In this document: positions 34,497-45,646 of the stretch, piece by piece | How positions within the stretch are numbered: position 1 is the first letter of the stretch | Layout: each line of letters starts with the position of its first letter | IMG/VR virus record: IMGVR_UViG_3300035208_002098 | Location: 160,001 to 224,000 of that record | From: a virus | Taxonomy: Duplodnaviria; Caudoviricetes | Strand: one strand, 5' to 3' | DNA: 64,000 nt | The notes under the pieces: generated by a model | The model's database searches: none | Told to the model about the DNA's origin: nothing | Seen by the model: only the letters and a program-made list of their open reading frames with translations | Program-made: the position numbers and the translations under genes

Positions 34497-36605
34497 TTAA
34501 AAATCTAACGACATTTCGATTGTTATTGTTTCACCATTAGCTAATACTATTGGTTGACTTAATTTACCTATAGCTACTAATGATTGTGTTGTATCATAAA
34601 TACCAACTTCTGTAACTCTAAGGTCTACTTCTGAATTACCTTTAGTTGGGTTTGATGTTTGATTAAAATTATCACCTAAATTTACTGAAAAAATAGTTTT
34701 ATATATTGATGAGCCGATATATGTTTTAATATTACCGTAGAAAAACCTTTCATCACCAAAATTAAGCTCTTCCGGTGTTGAATTTAAGGGCATATTTAAT
34801 TTATTATTCAGACTATATATATTACCAGAGTTTGAAATACCTAATGCATTGGTCAATATAAAACCATTTGTTGCTGGTGTTTGACTTTCTAATAATGATG
34901 GGTTTATTGTCTCACCACTATTTGTTGTTATAGCTGAACTTGTGAAATCAACCTCTATCCAAGCATCTGTAGATGGTCTAGTATTTACATCACTAACTAT
35001 TTGGTATAAAAGTTTAAAATTATAAGCATAAAACCCAATACCATCATAACCACTATTTTCAATTTTTCTCATATATGGTAATAAATCAACATCTTCTAAA
35101 ATAAATTCGATATCTTTTGATGATGCCGTACTATTAGTTACTTTAGTATATTTTTGACATATTAAACTATTTGTTAAACCAGAACCAGTATTATTTTCTA
35201 AAGCGTATGTTAAGTATATTGTTTCATCACGACCTAAAATACCTTCTGTTAAACCAGCTGATGGAGCTTTAGTTTTAGCCTCTAAACTTGGTAATGTCCA
35301 GTTTCTATTTGATTTATAAGACATTGCCGCTATTATTTCCTCATCATGTATTGAAACAATTTTTAATTGTGGATAAACCCTACCAATAACTAATGGTGTT
35401 CTACCATTTACTAATGTTGGGTCTTCAATTAAATCAACGTATTGTATTTGACTTTCACCAACTATTTGGGTTGACCCAGTAGCTATAAATTTCATACCCA
35501 TTGTTGTTCCACTACCAGATGTAGCAGTTCTTCTATGATACATTAATGTTGGTAGTTCAATTTCGAATATTTTACCTTCAGCACCATTAATATAGAAAAA
35601 CTCACCATAGAAATTTGAAATTGTGTTATTAGTATAATGAATTAACGCTAGTGATTTACTTGCGGTATCTAATGAACTAGTACCATCACAAACTACCGTA
35701 TTTAATTGATTATTTGTTGTATTATTTAAACCAAATTCTAAATATGCTTCCTTTTCACCTAAATATTGGTATGAACCAAAACGTTTATAATCTTCATAGC
35801 TAGAAGTTACTGCAGTTATTCCAGCAATATTTTCACTCCACACACTATTCATACACCACACTTTACAGTCATTAATAGAAACTGTACAATTATTTACAAA
35901 TGATAATGTTCCTGTGTTCCAATAAGCTGATGTTGTTCCAGTACCAAAAACATCTTTAACTTCACCACATTGGTATATATAATATTGTATATCAACAATA
36001 CCGCCAGAATTGATATTTGGTAATTCTCTATCAACAGTTATTTCATCATTATTAATTGATTTGATTTTATACCATAAATTTGGTGCTGCAACATCGTTTG
36101 CATCTATTTCTAAATTACCTAAAATATCGTTAGTTATTTTAAACATAATAAAATCACCAATAGTTAATCCTGATTCTATTATAATTACGGTACCACCACT
36201 CATACTAGTATTTTCTATTACACCAGTTGATTTAATATAATCATTAGTTGTTAATGTAAAATAACTATCTGTTGTACCAGTAAAGAATCCTCTTTCTTCA
36301 GCTTTATTATTAATTATTGCTTTAACAGTTCTAATATTTGTCATTGAATTTAAAACACTTGTACCAGTTGATACAAAATATTTAATATCTGGTTGAACGT
36401 CCTTTGGTCTTAATACTTTACTAGCACCCGATAATGCTATAACAGATGGGTTATCTTCTACAATAATTTCTCTATTATAATCAATTTCAGAATCACCAAC
36501 AGCCCAATAAGTGAAGTTTAATCCACCCATAGCTAATTTTTCTCTACCAGTTTCAGTTAGTTTAACACTAACAAATGGGTCGTTTGAATTTATAATATAA
36601 CTCAT
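34497..36605 (-). CDS. Virion structural (tail/baseplate) protein
   Basis: LTETGR..WAVGDSE; TEVGIYD..LVAIGKL. Confidence 0.7.
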   Translation of the reverse strand: MSYIINSNDPFVSVKLTETGREKLAMGGLNFTYWAVGDSEIDYNREIIVEDNPSVIALSGASKVLRPKDVQPDIKYFVSTGTSVLNSMTNIRTVKAIINNKAEERGFFTGTTDSYFTLTTNDYIKSTGVIENTSMSGGTVIIIESGLTIGDFIMFKITNDILGNLEIDANDVAAPNLWYKIKSINNDEITVDRELPNINSGGIVDIQYYIYQCGEVKDVFGTGTTSAYWNTGTLSFVNNCTVSINDCKVWCMNSVWSENIAGITAVTSSYEDYKRFGSYQYLGEKEAYLEFGLNNTTNNQLNTVVCDGTSSLDTASKSLALIHYTNNTISNFYGEFFYINGAEGKIFEIELPTLMYHRRTATSGSGTTMGMKFIATGSTQIVGESQIQYVDLIEDPTLVNGRTPLVIGRVYPQLKIVSIHDEEIIAAMSYKSNRNWTLPSLEAKTKAPSAGLTEGILGRDETIYLTYALENNTGSGLTNSLICQKYTKVTNSTASSKDIEFILEDVDLLPYMRKIENSGYDGIGFYAYNFKLLYQIVSDVNTRPSTDAWIEVDFTSSAITTNSGETINPSLLESQTPATNGFILTNALGISNSGNIYSLNNKLNMPLNSTPEELNFGDERFFYGNIKTYIGSSIYKTIFSVNLGDNFNQTSNPTKGNSEVDLRVTEVGIYDTTQSLVAIGKLSQPIVLANGETITIEMSLDF

Positions 36606-36658
36606 TTTATCTATTTATTTAATCTTATTTTAATAATAAATACATTGAAAGTAAATAA

Positions 36659-38500
36659 TTAATATGAATTAATAGCATTACTTTGGATTTGTATTGGTAT
36701 TATCTCACTATAATTTATTGTTGTAATAGTATCACCAATGATTGTAGTGTAATTTTTTTGATTTTTAACTCTATAAATATATTTAGTACCGGCTAAACCA
36801 GAAAGTAATATATTAGATGAATACACTGTTTGGTTTTCAATATATTGTGTTTCCCCACTAAATAATATATTATTGAAATTAGTATCGTATATATCACTAA
36901 CTTCAATTGTAAATAAACCGTTAATATTTTCTGGTTTATTAGCTATCACCCAAGAAATTGTCGGTGTGTTTGTAAAAATATCACCAACATATTCAACACC
37001 ACTATTATAATAGATATTAATTAAATCATCAATCATTAAATCACCATTTAATATAATTCTTTTTTGATTTGTTATTGATTTATAATAATCTATATTTGGT
37101 GCTAACGTTAAACCATTTAATGTGATAACAATATTATCATTTACACTAGATGATAATGTAGTATATATCTCGTACTTACTTTCGGTAGTATTAAAATATA
37201 CTATATTATTACCTTGATTATTTGTTACACCACTAATAATTGGTGATGACACTTCTATTATATCATTTGTAAACCCATGTGTGTTATTACCATTACTAAT
37301 AATAATTACTGAAATTATGTCATCTAATTCGGTACCACCACTTATAGTTAATGTATTTGATGATAATTCATATTCTACATGATTAATTAATGTTAACCCA
37401 TTTAAAGTTACTATTGGTGAGTCGTAATACCCATAATTAAAGATAAAATCTGTTTGCCCAGAATAATCTGGAAATAATGAATAACCAAATATTGTCCCAA
37501 CGCTTTGATATTCAACAGTATTAAAACTAAATATTGGTTTATCGGCTTCCTTTATAGCTAAGAAATAATAATCTGAAGACTTTTTATATAAACCATAAGA
37601 ATCACCATTTTTATTTAATGTATTACCTTTAACCCCTAATCTATTTAAAAATTCAGTACCATAATTATATATGTTATAACCTTTAATTATGTATTCACCA
37701 TCAATCAATAAATTATTGATTGGGATTGACTGAGTTATTGCACTTGAAGCACTAAACGTTGTATATTCAAATTCATTACTAGTATATGTTGGTGTATCAA
37801 AGAATATATGATTGTTATTATCATATTTGTATATTTCATAACCAAATGTGGAATTATTACTTATAAACGATTCAGTATTTGCTGTGAATTCAAAAATTAA
37901 ATCAATTGTTGTTGCTGTATTTATAATATAAACACCCGTATCACCCGTATTTAAGATTTGATATACATTACCACATAAAATAGTACATAACATAGGGCAA
38001 TCACCGGATATTGTACAACCAGTTATTGGATTAATATCTAAACATAATAATACCTCTAAATTCTCAACACCATATGGTTTTTGAATTGAAAATGAACTAC
38101 CAGTATATGAATATTTATAGTTAAGAGCATCAAATGCAGTTATAATACTAGTATCTATTTGGTCTTGTGTTATTGTATTAGCTGTTAAGTTAGATGTTGT
38201 TATTATATCAGAATATATCATAGAACTATCTATATTAACCTCTAAATACCAGATTAAACTATCAAAACAGCTTGTATTACCAGAAAAACAATTATTCATT
38301 GATAATATCACCAAATCATTATAATTAGTACCACTAAAAGTACAAGTTATAACCTCTTCACTTATTTTAGTACAACCACTAATATTAAATTTAGGTGTTA
38401 TGAAAGTTGAAATGTCTGAACTCATGTTAACATTTAAAATATCACTATTTCTAACGCATGAGTTATCATTTTGTACATATATATTTTGTTCGTATCTCAT
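36659..38500 (-). CDS. Putative tail-associated beta-rich protein
   Basis: Two VTLNGLTL repeats, S/T/N-rich. Confidence 0.6.
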   Translation of the reverse strand: MRYEQNIYVQNDNSCVRNSDILNVNMSSDISTFITPKFNISGCTKISEEVITCTFSGTNYNDLVILSMNNCFSGNTSCFDSLIWYLEVNIDSSMIYSDIITTSNLTANTITQDQIDTSIITAFDALNYKYSYTGSSFSIQKPYGVENLEVLLCLDINPITGCTISGDCPMLCTILCGNVYQILNTGDTGVYIINTATTIDLIFEFTANTESFISNNSTFGYEIYKYDNNNHIFFDTPTYTSNEFEYTTFSASSAITQSIPINNLLIDGEYIIKGYNIYNYGTEFLNRLGVKGNTLNKNGDSYGLYKKSSDYYFLAIKEADKPIFSFNTVEYQSVGTIFGYSLFPDYSGQTDFIFNYGYYDSPIVTLNGLTLINHVEYELSSNTLTISGGTELDDIISVIIISNGNNTHGFTNDIIEVSSPIISGVTNNQGNNIVYFNTTESKYEIYTTLSSSVNDNIVITLNGLTLAPNIDYYKSITNQKRIILNGDLMIDDLINIYYNSGVEYVGDIFTNTPTISWVIANKPENINGLFTIEVSDIYDTNFNNILFSGETQYIENQTVYSSNILLSGLAGTKYIYRVKNQKNYTTIIGDTITTINYSEIIPIQIQSNAINSY

Positions 38501-38736
38501 TAATATGATATATTTAATTCAATAAAACTTGTATTATTTTTTAAACCTAAGTTTTTTGGTGTATCATATTCTATAACATTAGTTGCATACGATAATTCTA
38601 CAAAATACCCAGTAAATCTAAATAATTTCATATAATCACCAATACCTACAGATGTTTGAACTAACTTTTCGTTTGAAATAGTCCCAACCTTAGTATCGAG
38701 TATTAAACCTTCTATATTTATTAATAATTTTGGCAT
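38500..38736 (-). CDS. Hypothetical protein
   Basis: 78-aa ORF. Confidence 0.65.
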   Translation of the reverse strand: MPKLLINIEGLILDTKVGTISNEKLVQTSVGIGDYMKLFRFTGYFVELSYATNVIEYDTPKNLGLKNNTSFIELNISY

Positions 38737-38748
38737 ATAATATAAATA

Positions 38749-40350
38749 TTAATCTGATATTAAAGATATGTGATTACCACTATTATTTATTGTATTAGGA
38801 CCTGTTATTATAACTGTACCCCTGAATTCATTACTATTATTTATGTCTACTATATAAAGAGAATCACAACTAATCGTTTCAACACCATTTTCATAGTATT
38901 TAACTGATACATTACCAGATGTTTCTGAAGCAATTGTAGTACCAATCCCATCTAAACTTGGGTCACTACATGTAAATAACGTATATTGTTTATATCTAAA
39001 TTTACTTTCATCGAATATATTATTTCGGTAGATATATGATGACCCCCAAATAGTAGTTGCCGGTATTAATTGTTCAATTATATCAATCCAATAAGTACCT
39101 AAAGACTTACTATATTTAATTAAATCATCGTATTTAAATCTACCACTAATAGGGCAATTATAATCAGATGATGTCATATATTTATCATATAGATATCGTA
39201 AAGTTGGATAACTTTGAATTGTTTGTCTATTTTTAACATCAATTAACTCACTTTTAATTAATTTAGTAAATTCATCAGTTGAAGTAATATCATCTATTGA
39301 TGAAGTTAAAATATTATCTAAATTAACTGTTTCACCAGTTAATAAACAACCATTAGATGATTTAAGATATGAAAATAGATTTTCTTCAATGGCTAATGCT
39401 GGGTCTACTTGTAAATCTAATTCTTTAGTGTTAATAATTAATTTATCATCATTAGCACTATAATTTGTTTCTCTTAATAATAAATCATATTTTCTTTCAT
39501 CAGTTGATGCAGTATAAGACCATGATTTTCTATTATCTATAATTCTTTCTAGATTAAATCCCGGACATTTCGTAATTGATTTATTAGATACATCTAAATG
39601 AGTACAAACCCTATTAACGGTTATTTTATCAATTAATAATGAAAAATCAATAATTAAATTATTAATATCAATCCCTAATTTAATTTTTTTATTAGTAAAT
39701 TTACTAATGGTTTCAATATCATTTATTGTAAATTTATGTGTTATCCAACAAGATGAAAATGTGTTAGCTGAAACACTAGAACCTTTATCACCTAATAAAT
39801 TAATAACCCTATTAGTAGTTTCAGTTATATTATCACCAACTAGTCTTAAACCAGTATTAGTATTACCACTAATATAATCACCTAAATCAGTTATAGTTAA
39901 AAAATTATTTGAATACACAGTTGTTAATTTATTTGGACTTTCATATTTAATAAATTCATCAACAGGGTTTAATTCTACACATTCAATTGTAGCTGTTAAT
40001 GAAAGTCCATTGAAACCATTTAAAGTGTTTGGTTCTTCAGGTATATCATTTGTATTAAATTCTAATAAATAATCAAACTCTACCTCAAGACTACACTCAT
40101 CACCATCATTTACAACAAACATTTCACCATCATTATCATTAGGGTTAAATATTAATTTTAAATAATCTGTATTACACGATAAATCCTTCCAAGTACACTT
40201 ACATAAATCATCATTATATGTAAGACCAGAATATGATAAACAACATTCACGATTTAATGGTGCACCAACATTTGGTAAATCATCAAGACTAGTGTAACCA
40301 TATACGGTACCATTATCTTTTAATATTATTTTATTTATTTCACAACTCAC
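38749..40350 (-). CDS. Putative tail/baseplate protein
   Basis: Cys-rich 533-aa protein in the structural block. Confidence 0.6.
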   Translation of the reverse strand: MSCEINKIILKDNGTVYGYTSLDDLPNVGAPLNRECCLSYSGLTYNDDLCKCTWKDLSCNTDYLKLIFNPNDNDGEMFVVNDGDECSLEVEFDYLLEFNTNDIPEEPNTLNGFNGLSLTATIECVELNPVDEFIKYESPNKLTTVYSNNFLTITDLGDYISGNTNTGLRLVGDNITETTNRVINLLGDKGSSVSANTFSSCWITHKFTINDIETISKFTNKKIKLGIDINNLIIDFSLLIDKITVNRVCTHLDVSNKSITKCPGFNLERIIDNRKSWSYTASTDERKYDLLLRETNYSANDDKLIINTKELDLQVDPALAIEENLFSYLKSSNGCLLTGETVNLDNILTSSIDDITSTDEFTKLIKSELIDVKNRQTIQSYPTLRYLYDKYMTSSDYNCPISGRFKYDDLIKYSKSLGTYWIDIIEQLIPATTIWGSSYIYRNNIFDESKFRYKQYTLFTCSDPSLDGIGTTIASETSGNVSVKYYENGVETISCDSLYIVDINNSNEFRGTVIITGPNTINNSGNHISLISD

Positions 40351-40384
40351 AATTATTCTTTATTATAAATATTAACTTATTATT

Positions 40385-43300
40385 TTATAGTTTAATACAA
40401 TACCCATCTGTTATTAAATTAGACCACATGGTATCATCTTGAACTAATGTTATAGGTGTCCCATCATTATAATGAGTTACTATTAAATTACCAACCATCC
40501 ACACTTGATTACCTATCTTTACTTGACCATATTGATTACCATCATAATCAAAAACACCAGTTTCTGATAATATAGCATCATCTTTGATACAAATAATAGA
40601 ACAACCATATCTTTTATCGTTAGCGGCACCAGTAAATTGATTAATAGCACTATTATTCAATAATCGATTATATGCGTCAGTTCCATTGTAATCTGTTGAT
40701 GTCCAACTATTAAATTGACTATTATAACCAATATATGTACCATTAGTTAATCTATAACCCTTTCCTAATAATGATAAACCACTTTTATTTCTATATTCCT
40801 CATAATCAACATTACCAACAGAACCTACAACACCACTATTAGTCCAACAAGTATCTAATGCTAATGATTTAGCAACTAATGGTGTACCACCAATAGAACC
40901 ATCATAATTATAACCATTATTAGTTAAATAATCAACTAATGTGTTAAATTCAACTAAAGTTGGTACGTGCCACCCTATTGGTGCTAATTTACCAGTACCA
41001 ACTGCATACCAATTATAGTAATATGATGGATAATCACAAGTTATTGGTGGTGGTATTTGAATAGGGTTTTTCTGACATCTAGTTTCACAAGATTTTTCAT
41101 CTACTGGTGAATACCCTTCTGGACAACAAGTAGGTGATACAGTTTCTTTAGTCGTACCATTTTCCATTATAAATACCGCATACCCATCAACATCACTATA
41201 ACTAACGTATTCAGAACCACAATTAAAACTTATTGGTGATTTCTTTATATCTATTCTAATTGAATTATCACAATCAGCACATGGACAACCACATATAGTT
41301 GTTTCTATAGTTGGACATGGGTCTGAAATTACTATTGGTGTAATACTAAAACAAGGAGATGTTGTATTAGTCTCATCTACAACATCAATATATAATGTAG
41401 GTTGCATTGGACTACTGAAATTAGTATCACAAATATCTAATATCGACTCACAGTAATTGGTATAACCCGATAAAGTTAATGAAGTATTTAAATGTAACTT
41501 TGTTTCAAATGTTTTACCATTATATATACCATCACAATCACCAACTTCAGGTGTTTTAGTATAAATAACTTCATCATTAATAAATTCCAAAGAAAGTTTT
41601 AATGAATCACCACCCAATTGTAAACTATTTGTATAGTCTATTTGAGAAGGTGTGTCTATCCTATCACTACTAGAATAAAATACAGGGCTTGTGTATACTA
41701 ATTCATTATCTATATAATATAAAGTCCTCCAATCAACATTAAATGTATATGCTGATATTGGTTCGTTAGGTCTATTTACATCTGTATGAATTAATTTAGT
41801 ACAAACAGGTGTTTCACCACACGTATCTAACACATAACCCTCAGTTGTACAAGACCAACCTAAATTAGGTCCAAAATCAAAATATTCACCCCTTTTTTCT
41901 TTTGTACTCCAAATAACGTTAGCCCCCGTTGAACCACTATCTGTTGCCCCCGTTAATGTAGCAAAATCAATAGGGTCATATATCTCAAAACCAAATGATG
42001 ACGTATTATCTAAATTTCTACCCTCCATTTCGATAATATATTTACCATATTTGAAATCATATGGGAAAACATACCAATAACTATGATTATAATCTGGTTG
42101 TGTTGAAAAATCTACTATTAATTCATGATTAATATAGAATCTACTGTAATTATCTGCAGCTAACCCAATATAATAAGTTTTATCTTCAGTAAATTCATAA
42201 CATTGAGCAAATCCATTCCAACTAGTAGCCGGATTACCTTTAACACCAATAGTATTTAATCTACTTTTCCAAAAAGTATTAGTACTTGTCGCTGAATAAG
42301 GTAATAAAACATTACTTGAATCATATGGGTTATGTGGTGATGAACTTCTTTTAATAATTGGTAAATCAACATTAGTTATATTAGTATAAAATTTACTACC
42401 TAAGCTACCATATGATAAGTGTGTATCACCAGCTGTTATTACTGAACCATCTCCTAAAAATACCGCTGACATTGAATCAGAATATAAACATTCCGTTCCA
42501 TCAGGACTTAAAACATACCCATCAGGACATTCTTGTGTTTCACCACTAGTAACATTATTATTATAACAATTTTCTGTTTCACCAGATAATATAGTACCCC
42601 AATCAATTAATGTTGCACAACTAGCTGTTGATGTTACATCTAATATGCCGTTAATAACACCATTATTATAATTACTAAATAAATTAGTTGAACCAGTTAA
42701 AATAGTTTCTTGAATTAATGTTGTACTAGAAAAATTAGGTATTAAACATCTAAATTGATTCATATATTCATTACCACCGTCATATGGGCCAATATGTGGG
42801 TTATTACCACCTAAAATGTCAATATTTGATTCTGGTCCAGCAGTTTGTCTATACCATAAACCGGCTTTTTGAAAATACATATTAGGTGTATTCCCCAATA
42901 TTTTAGGATAACCGTCACTATCTATTGGTATATTGGTGATATCAGTATTATTAGTATTAATTTCTAACACTTTTAGAAATGTATCCATATTAATTTTACC
43001 ATCGGCCTTATAAACATGTTCATTAAATCTAATTAAACCATTTGGTGCTCCAATAAATTTAAAAAAGAATTCTATTGCTTTTCTAGTACCTTTTGATTTC
43101 CAAATCCATGGTGTATTAAGAATTATTCTTCTCCACATTTCAATTTCAGCCTCTGCTGGTGTTAAACCAGTTGTTTCACCACTAAAATCAGTTGTTGATG
43201 GAGTTAAAAACGATGTTATAAAATCATTACCTTCTAAAGAAGATGTCAAATCCCAACCTAATGTTCTAGCTAAGGCCTTTAACGTGGCATCTGGTGTATT

Positions 43301-44491
43301 ATCTTGTTTATTATAGCTAACTGCATTAACTAAAGCTAAACCGTCTGTAAAATGCTTTATTTCGTCAAATTCTCTACCGTATATTTTTAATGTTTTATCC
43401 ATTTTTTGTTCTGTCTCATCATCATTGTCTTTAGAAACAGTATCAAAATCAGATATAGCATTACTAACTAAGAATCTAGATATTATATTTGTTTGAATAG
43501 AATCTGATGCATCGGATAAATCTAATAAATCTGTAACAAAATTAGTATAATTTGTTGTGTTAAAATCTATATTATAACCATCTGTTGATGGCCATGTTAT
43601 TTGTTTTTTAGATTCAATAGCTAACCCTTCATCACTCTTAACGGTATATACGAATGTTGATGTGTATATAGGTGTTGTTCTTCTATTTAATAGATATTTC
43701 TCAAAATCTGGTAATGTAACAAAAAATTCATTAATTTTAACATCACTTGGTTTTATATGAAAATATTGTATTTGATTTAACGTACCACCAGTAAATGGAT
43801 TACCAATCACTTGGAAATAAATATAATCATTATTAGATGATGTTGCCCCAGTATAACCAATAATATTATATTCACCTGTAGAACCAGAAATAACATAGTT
43901 ATTATAGTTAACGGTTAAATTTCTTTTATCATTTTCACTAGTATATGTATCTAACGTAACACCATTTTTTAAATATTTAATACCGTATTTATTATCTAAA
44001 GTATTGGTGTTAGTTTTAAATGTAGATATGTTTGTTATATTATCATAGGAATAATTTTCAACGGTATTTTCAACGTTATTAATTACTAATGGATTAACAA
44101 ATATTGATGCCGGCCAATTAGAAATTATATGTTCTAAAGAAATACGTACAAATTCTCTTAATGAACCAAAATAAGCATAATTACTTAAATTACTTTTATC
44201 TAAATTTAATTTAATTTTAATATTATCATTTATAACTGCTAATTGTGTTTCAGTTAATTCTAATGTATTTAAAGTTACAAAATTAGAAAACTTATTAGTT
44301 TTAAATAATTTACTTACTTTAGGGTCATTATTAATTGTAACATTAAAACTACCACTAGTAAATAATGTTGTACCATCAGAACTTGTGATTTGTTGGCCAA
44401 CAAGTGAATCTGAAAAATTACGATATTCGATGTTACCATCATAAAACACTCGTTTAGCATAACCAACAACCTTTATTTTCCCATTACCCAT
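40385..44491 (-). CDS. Large baseplate/fibre protein with C-terminal Fib_succ_major (C-type lectin fold) domain
   Basis: WKSKGTRKAIEFF baseplate-like motif; YNWYAV..GWHVPT..SIICIKD and DGNQY..KIGNQVWM..NL. Confidence 0.75.
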   Translation of the reverse strand: MGNGKIKVVGYAKRVFYDGNIEYRNFSDSLVGQQITSSDGTTLFTSGSFNVTINNDPKVSKLFKTNKFSNFVTLNTLELTETQLAVINDNIKIKLNLDKSNLSNYAYFGSLREFVRISLEHIISNWPASIFVNPLVINNVENTVENYSYDNITNISTFKTNTNTLDNKYGIKYLKNGVTLDTYTSENDKRNLTVNYNNYVISGSTGEYNIIGYTGATSSNNDYIYFQVIGNPFTGGTLNQIQYFHIKPSDVKINEFFVTLPDFEKYLLNRRTTPIYTSTFVYTVKSDEGLAIESKKQITWPSTDGYNIDFNTTNYTNFVTDLLDLSDASDSIQTNIISRFLVSNAISDFDTVSKDNDDETEQKMDKTLKIYGREFDEIKHFTDGLALVNAVSYNKQDNTPDATLKALARTLGWDLTSSLEGNDFITSFLTPSTTDFSGETTGLTPAEAEIEMWRRIILNTPWIWKSKGTRKAIEFFFKFIGAPNGLIRFNEHVYKADGKINMDTFLKVLEINTNNTDITNIPIDSDGYPKILGNTPNMYFQKAGLWYRQTAGPESNIDILGGNNPHIGPYDGGNEYMNQFRCLIPNFSSTTLIQETILTGSTNLFSNYNNGVINGILDVTSTASCATLIDWGTILSGETENCYNNNVTSGETQECPDGYVLSPDGTECLYSDSMSAVFLGDGSVITAGDTHLSYGSLGSKFYTNITNVDLPIIKRSSSPHNPYDSSNVLLPYSATSTNTFWKSRLNTIGVKGNPATSWNGFAQCYEFTEDKTYYIGLAADNYSRFYINHELIVDFSTQPDYNHSYWYVFPYDFKYGKYIIEMEGRNLDNTSSFGFEIYDPIDFATLTGATDSGSTGANVIWSTKEKRGEYFDFGPNLGWSCTTEGYVLDTCGETPVCTKLIHTDVNRPNEPISAYTFNVDWRTLYYIDNELVYTSPVFYSSSDRIDTPSQIDYTNSLQLGGDSLKLSLEFINDEVIYTKTPEVGDCDGIYNGKTFETKLHLNTSLTLSGYTNYCESILDICDTNFSSPMQPTLYIDVVDETNTTSPCFSITPIVISDPCPTIETTICGCPCADCDNSIRIDIKKSPISFNCGSEYVSYSDVDGYAVFIMENGTTKETVSPTCCPEGYSPVDEKSCETRCQKNPIQIPPPITCDYPSYYYNWYAVGTGKLAPIGWHVPTLVEFNTLVDYLTNNGYNYDGSIGGTPLVAKSLALDTCWTNSGVVGSVGNVDYEEYRNKSGLSLLGKGYRLTNGTYIGYNSQFNSWTSTDYNGTDAYNRLLNNSAINQFTGAANDKRYGCSIICIKDDAILSETGVFDYDGNQYGQVKIGNQVWMVGNLIVTHYNDGTPITLVQDDTMWSNLITDGYCIKL

Positions 44492-45573
44492 TTTTTATTA
44501 TCGTTTAACACTTTTATAATATCCTCAAAATAAGATATTCTTATTAATTTTATTTTATTTTTAGAACAAAAATCATTTTTTATTTCATCATTAATTTTAC
44601 CCCTTTTAAAACCAAGTTCACCACCAAATCTATTAATTGGTTTATAATGTTGAATACCATCATATTCAATACAAGTATTAGTTTTAGGTAAATAAAAATC
44701 AAATGGTAATAATTTCTCATTATAACACTCATTAAATTTATATTCACTAATAAACTCAATATTATTTAATAATAAATATCGTCTAATATTTTTTTCACCT
44801 TTAGATTCTTTACATATTGGACAACCCTGACCTTGTAAATGATTACAAGGGGTTTGTTTAAATAACCCATGTTTATCACAAATTATTTTAATCTTAGTAT
44901 TACTATTTATATAATTAATATTAGAATAATTATATTTATCACCATGTATTAATTTAGCTTTTTCAATAAACTTATCATTATTTAATTTAAGTTTACCACC
45001 ACACTCAGGGCAACCATATTTAAAAATATGTGAACTTGGTTTTTGATAGAATTCACCATGTATTGGACACACTATTTTGACATCTAAATCATATTTAATA
45101 TTATTTTGTGTAATAAATTCATAATTATATTTAAAATTATGTTTTTTATTGGATATATTAACGAAATCGTTGATTGTTTTATCTCTACCAGCACATTTTG
45201 GGCAACCATCACCACTTAAATGTCTATTTGGTGATTGTTCAAAAACACCGTGTTCTGTACATATTATTTTAATTTTTGTTTTAGCATTAATATAATCTAC
45301 CTCAGAATAATTATATTTATCGCCATGTATTAATTTAGCTTTTTCAATAAACTTATCATTATTTAATTTAGTTTTAATATTTTGATTTAATCTAGCACAT
45401 TTTTGACACCCACAACCATTTAAATGATTAATGGGTTTTTGTTTAAATTCACCATGAATAAGGCAAACGATTGATACTAATGTAGTGTTATTTATATAAA
45501 TAACATTATCATAATTGTATTTACTACCATGAATATTAATAGATTTTTCTATAAATTTTTTTACATTACTCAT
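44473..45573 (-). CDS. Homing-endonuclease-like protein with Zn-binding repeats and Vsr-like domain
   Basis: Four units FIEKAxxxHGxKYxY..CxxHG..HL.G.GCPxC, then SKGE..FDFYLP..IEYDGIQH. Confidence 0.85.
   Translation of the reverse strand: MSNVKKFIEKSINIHGSKYNYDNVIYINNTTLVSIVCLIHGEFKQKPINHLNGCGCQKCARLNQNIKTKLNNDKFIEKAKLIHGDKYNYSEVDYINAKTKIKIICTEHGVFEQSPNRHLSGDGCPKCAGRDKTINDFVNISNKKHNFKYNYEFITQNNIKYDLDVKIVCPIHGEFYQKPSSHIFKYGCPECGGKLKLNNDKFIEKAKLIHGDKYNYSNINYINSNTKIKIICDKHGLFKQTPCNHLQGQGCPICKESKGEKNIRRYLLLNNIEFISEYKFNECYNEKLLPFDFYLPKTNTCIEYDGIQHYKPINRFGGELGFKRGKINDEIKNDFCSKNKIKLIRISYFEDIIKVLNDNKKWVMGK
44923..45370. repeat. 67-nt direct repeat with 1 mismatch (44923..44989 and 45304..45370)
   Basis: Encodes KLNNDKFIEKAKLIHGDKYNYS twice. 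Confidence 0.9.
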
Positions 45574-45646
45574 AACTATTTTACTTTAATATAAATATCA
45601 TGAATTAAAAATAATTACAAAAAAATCTATACTATATTCCATTTAA

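Noticed and set aside
40385-41023. Diversity-generating retroelement
   Set aside because: No reverse transcriptase and no adenine-variant template repeat in this window
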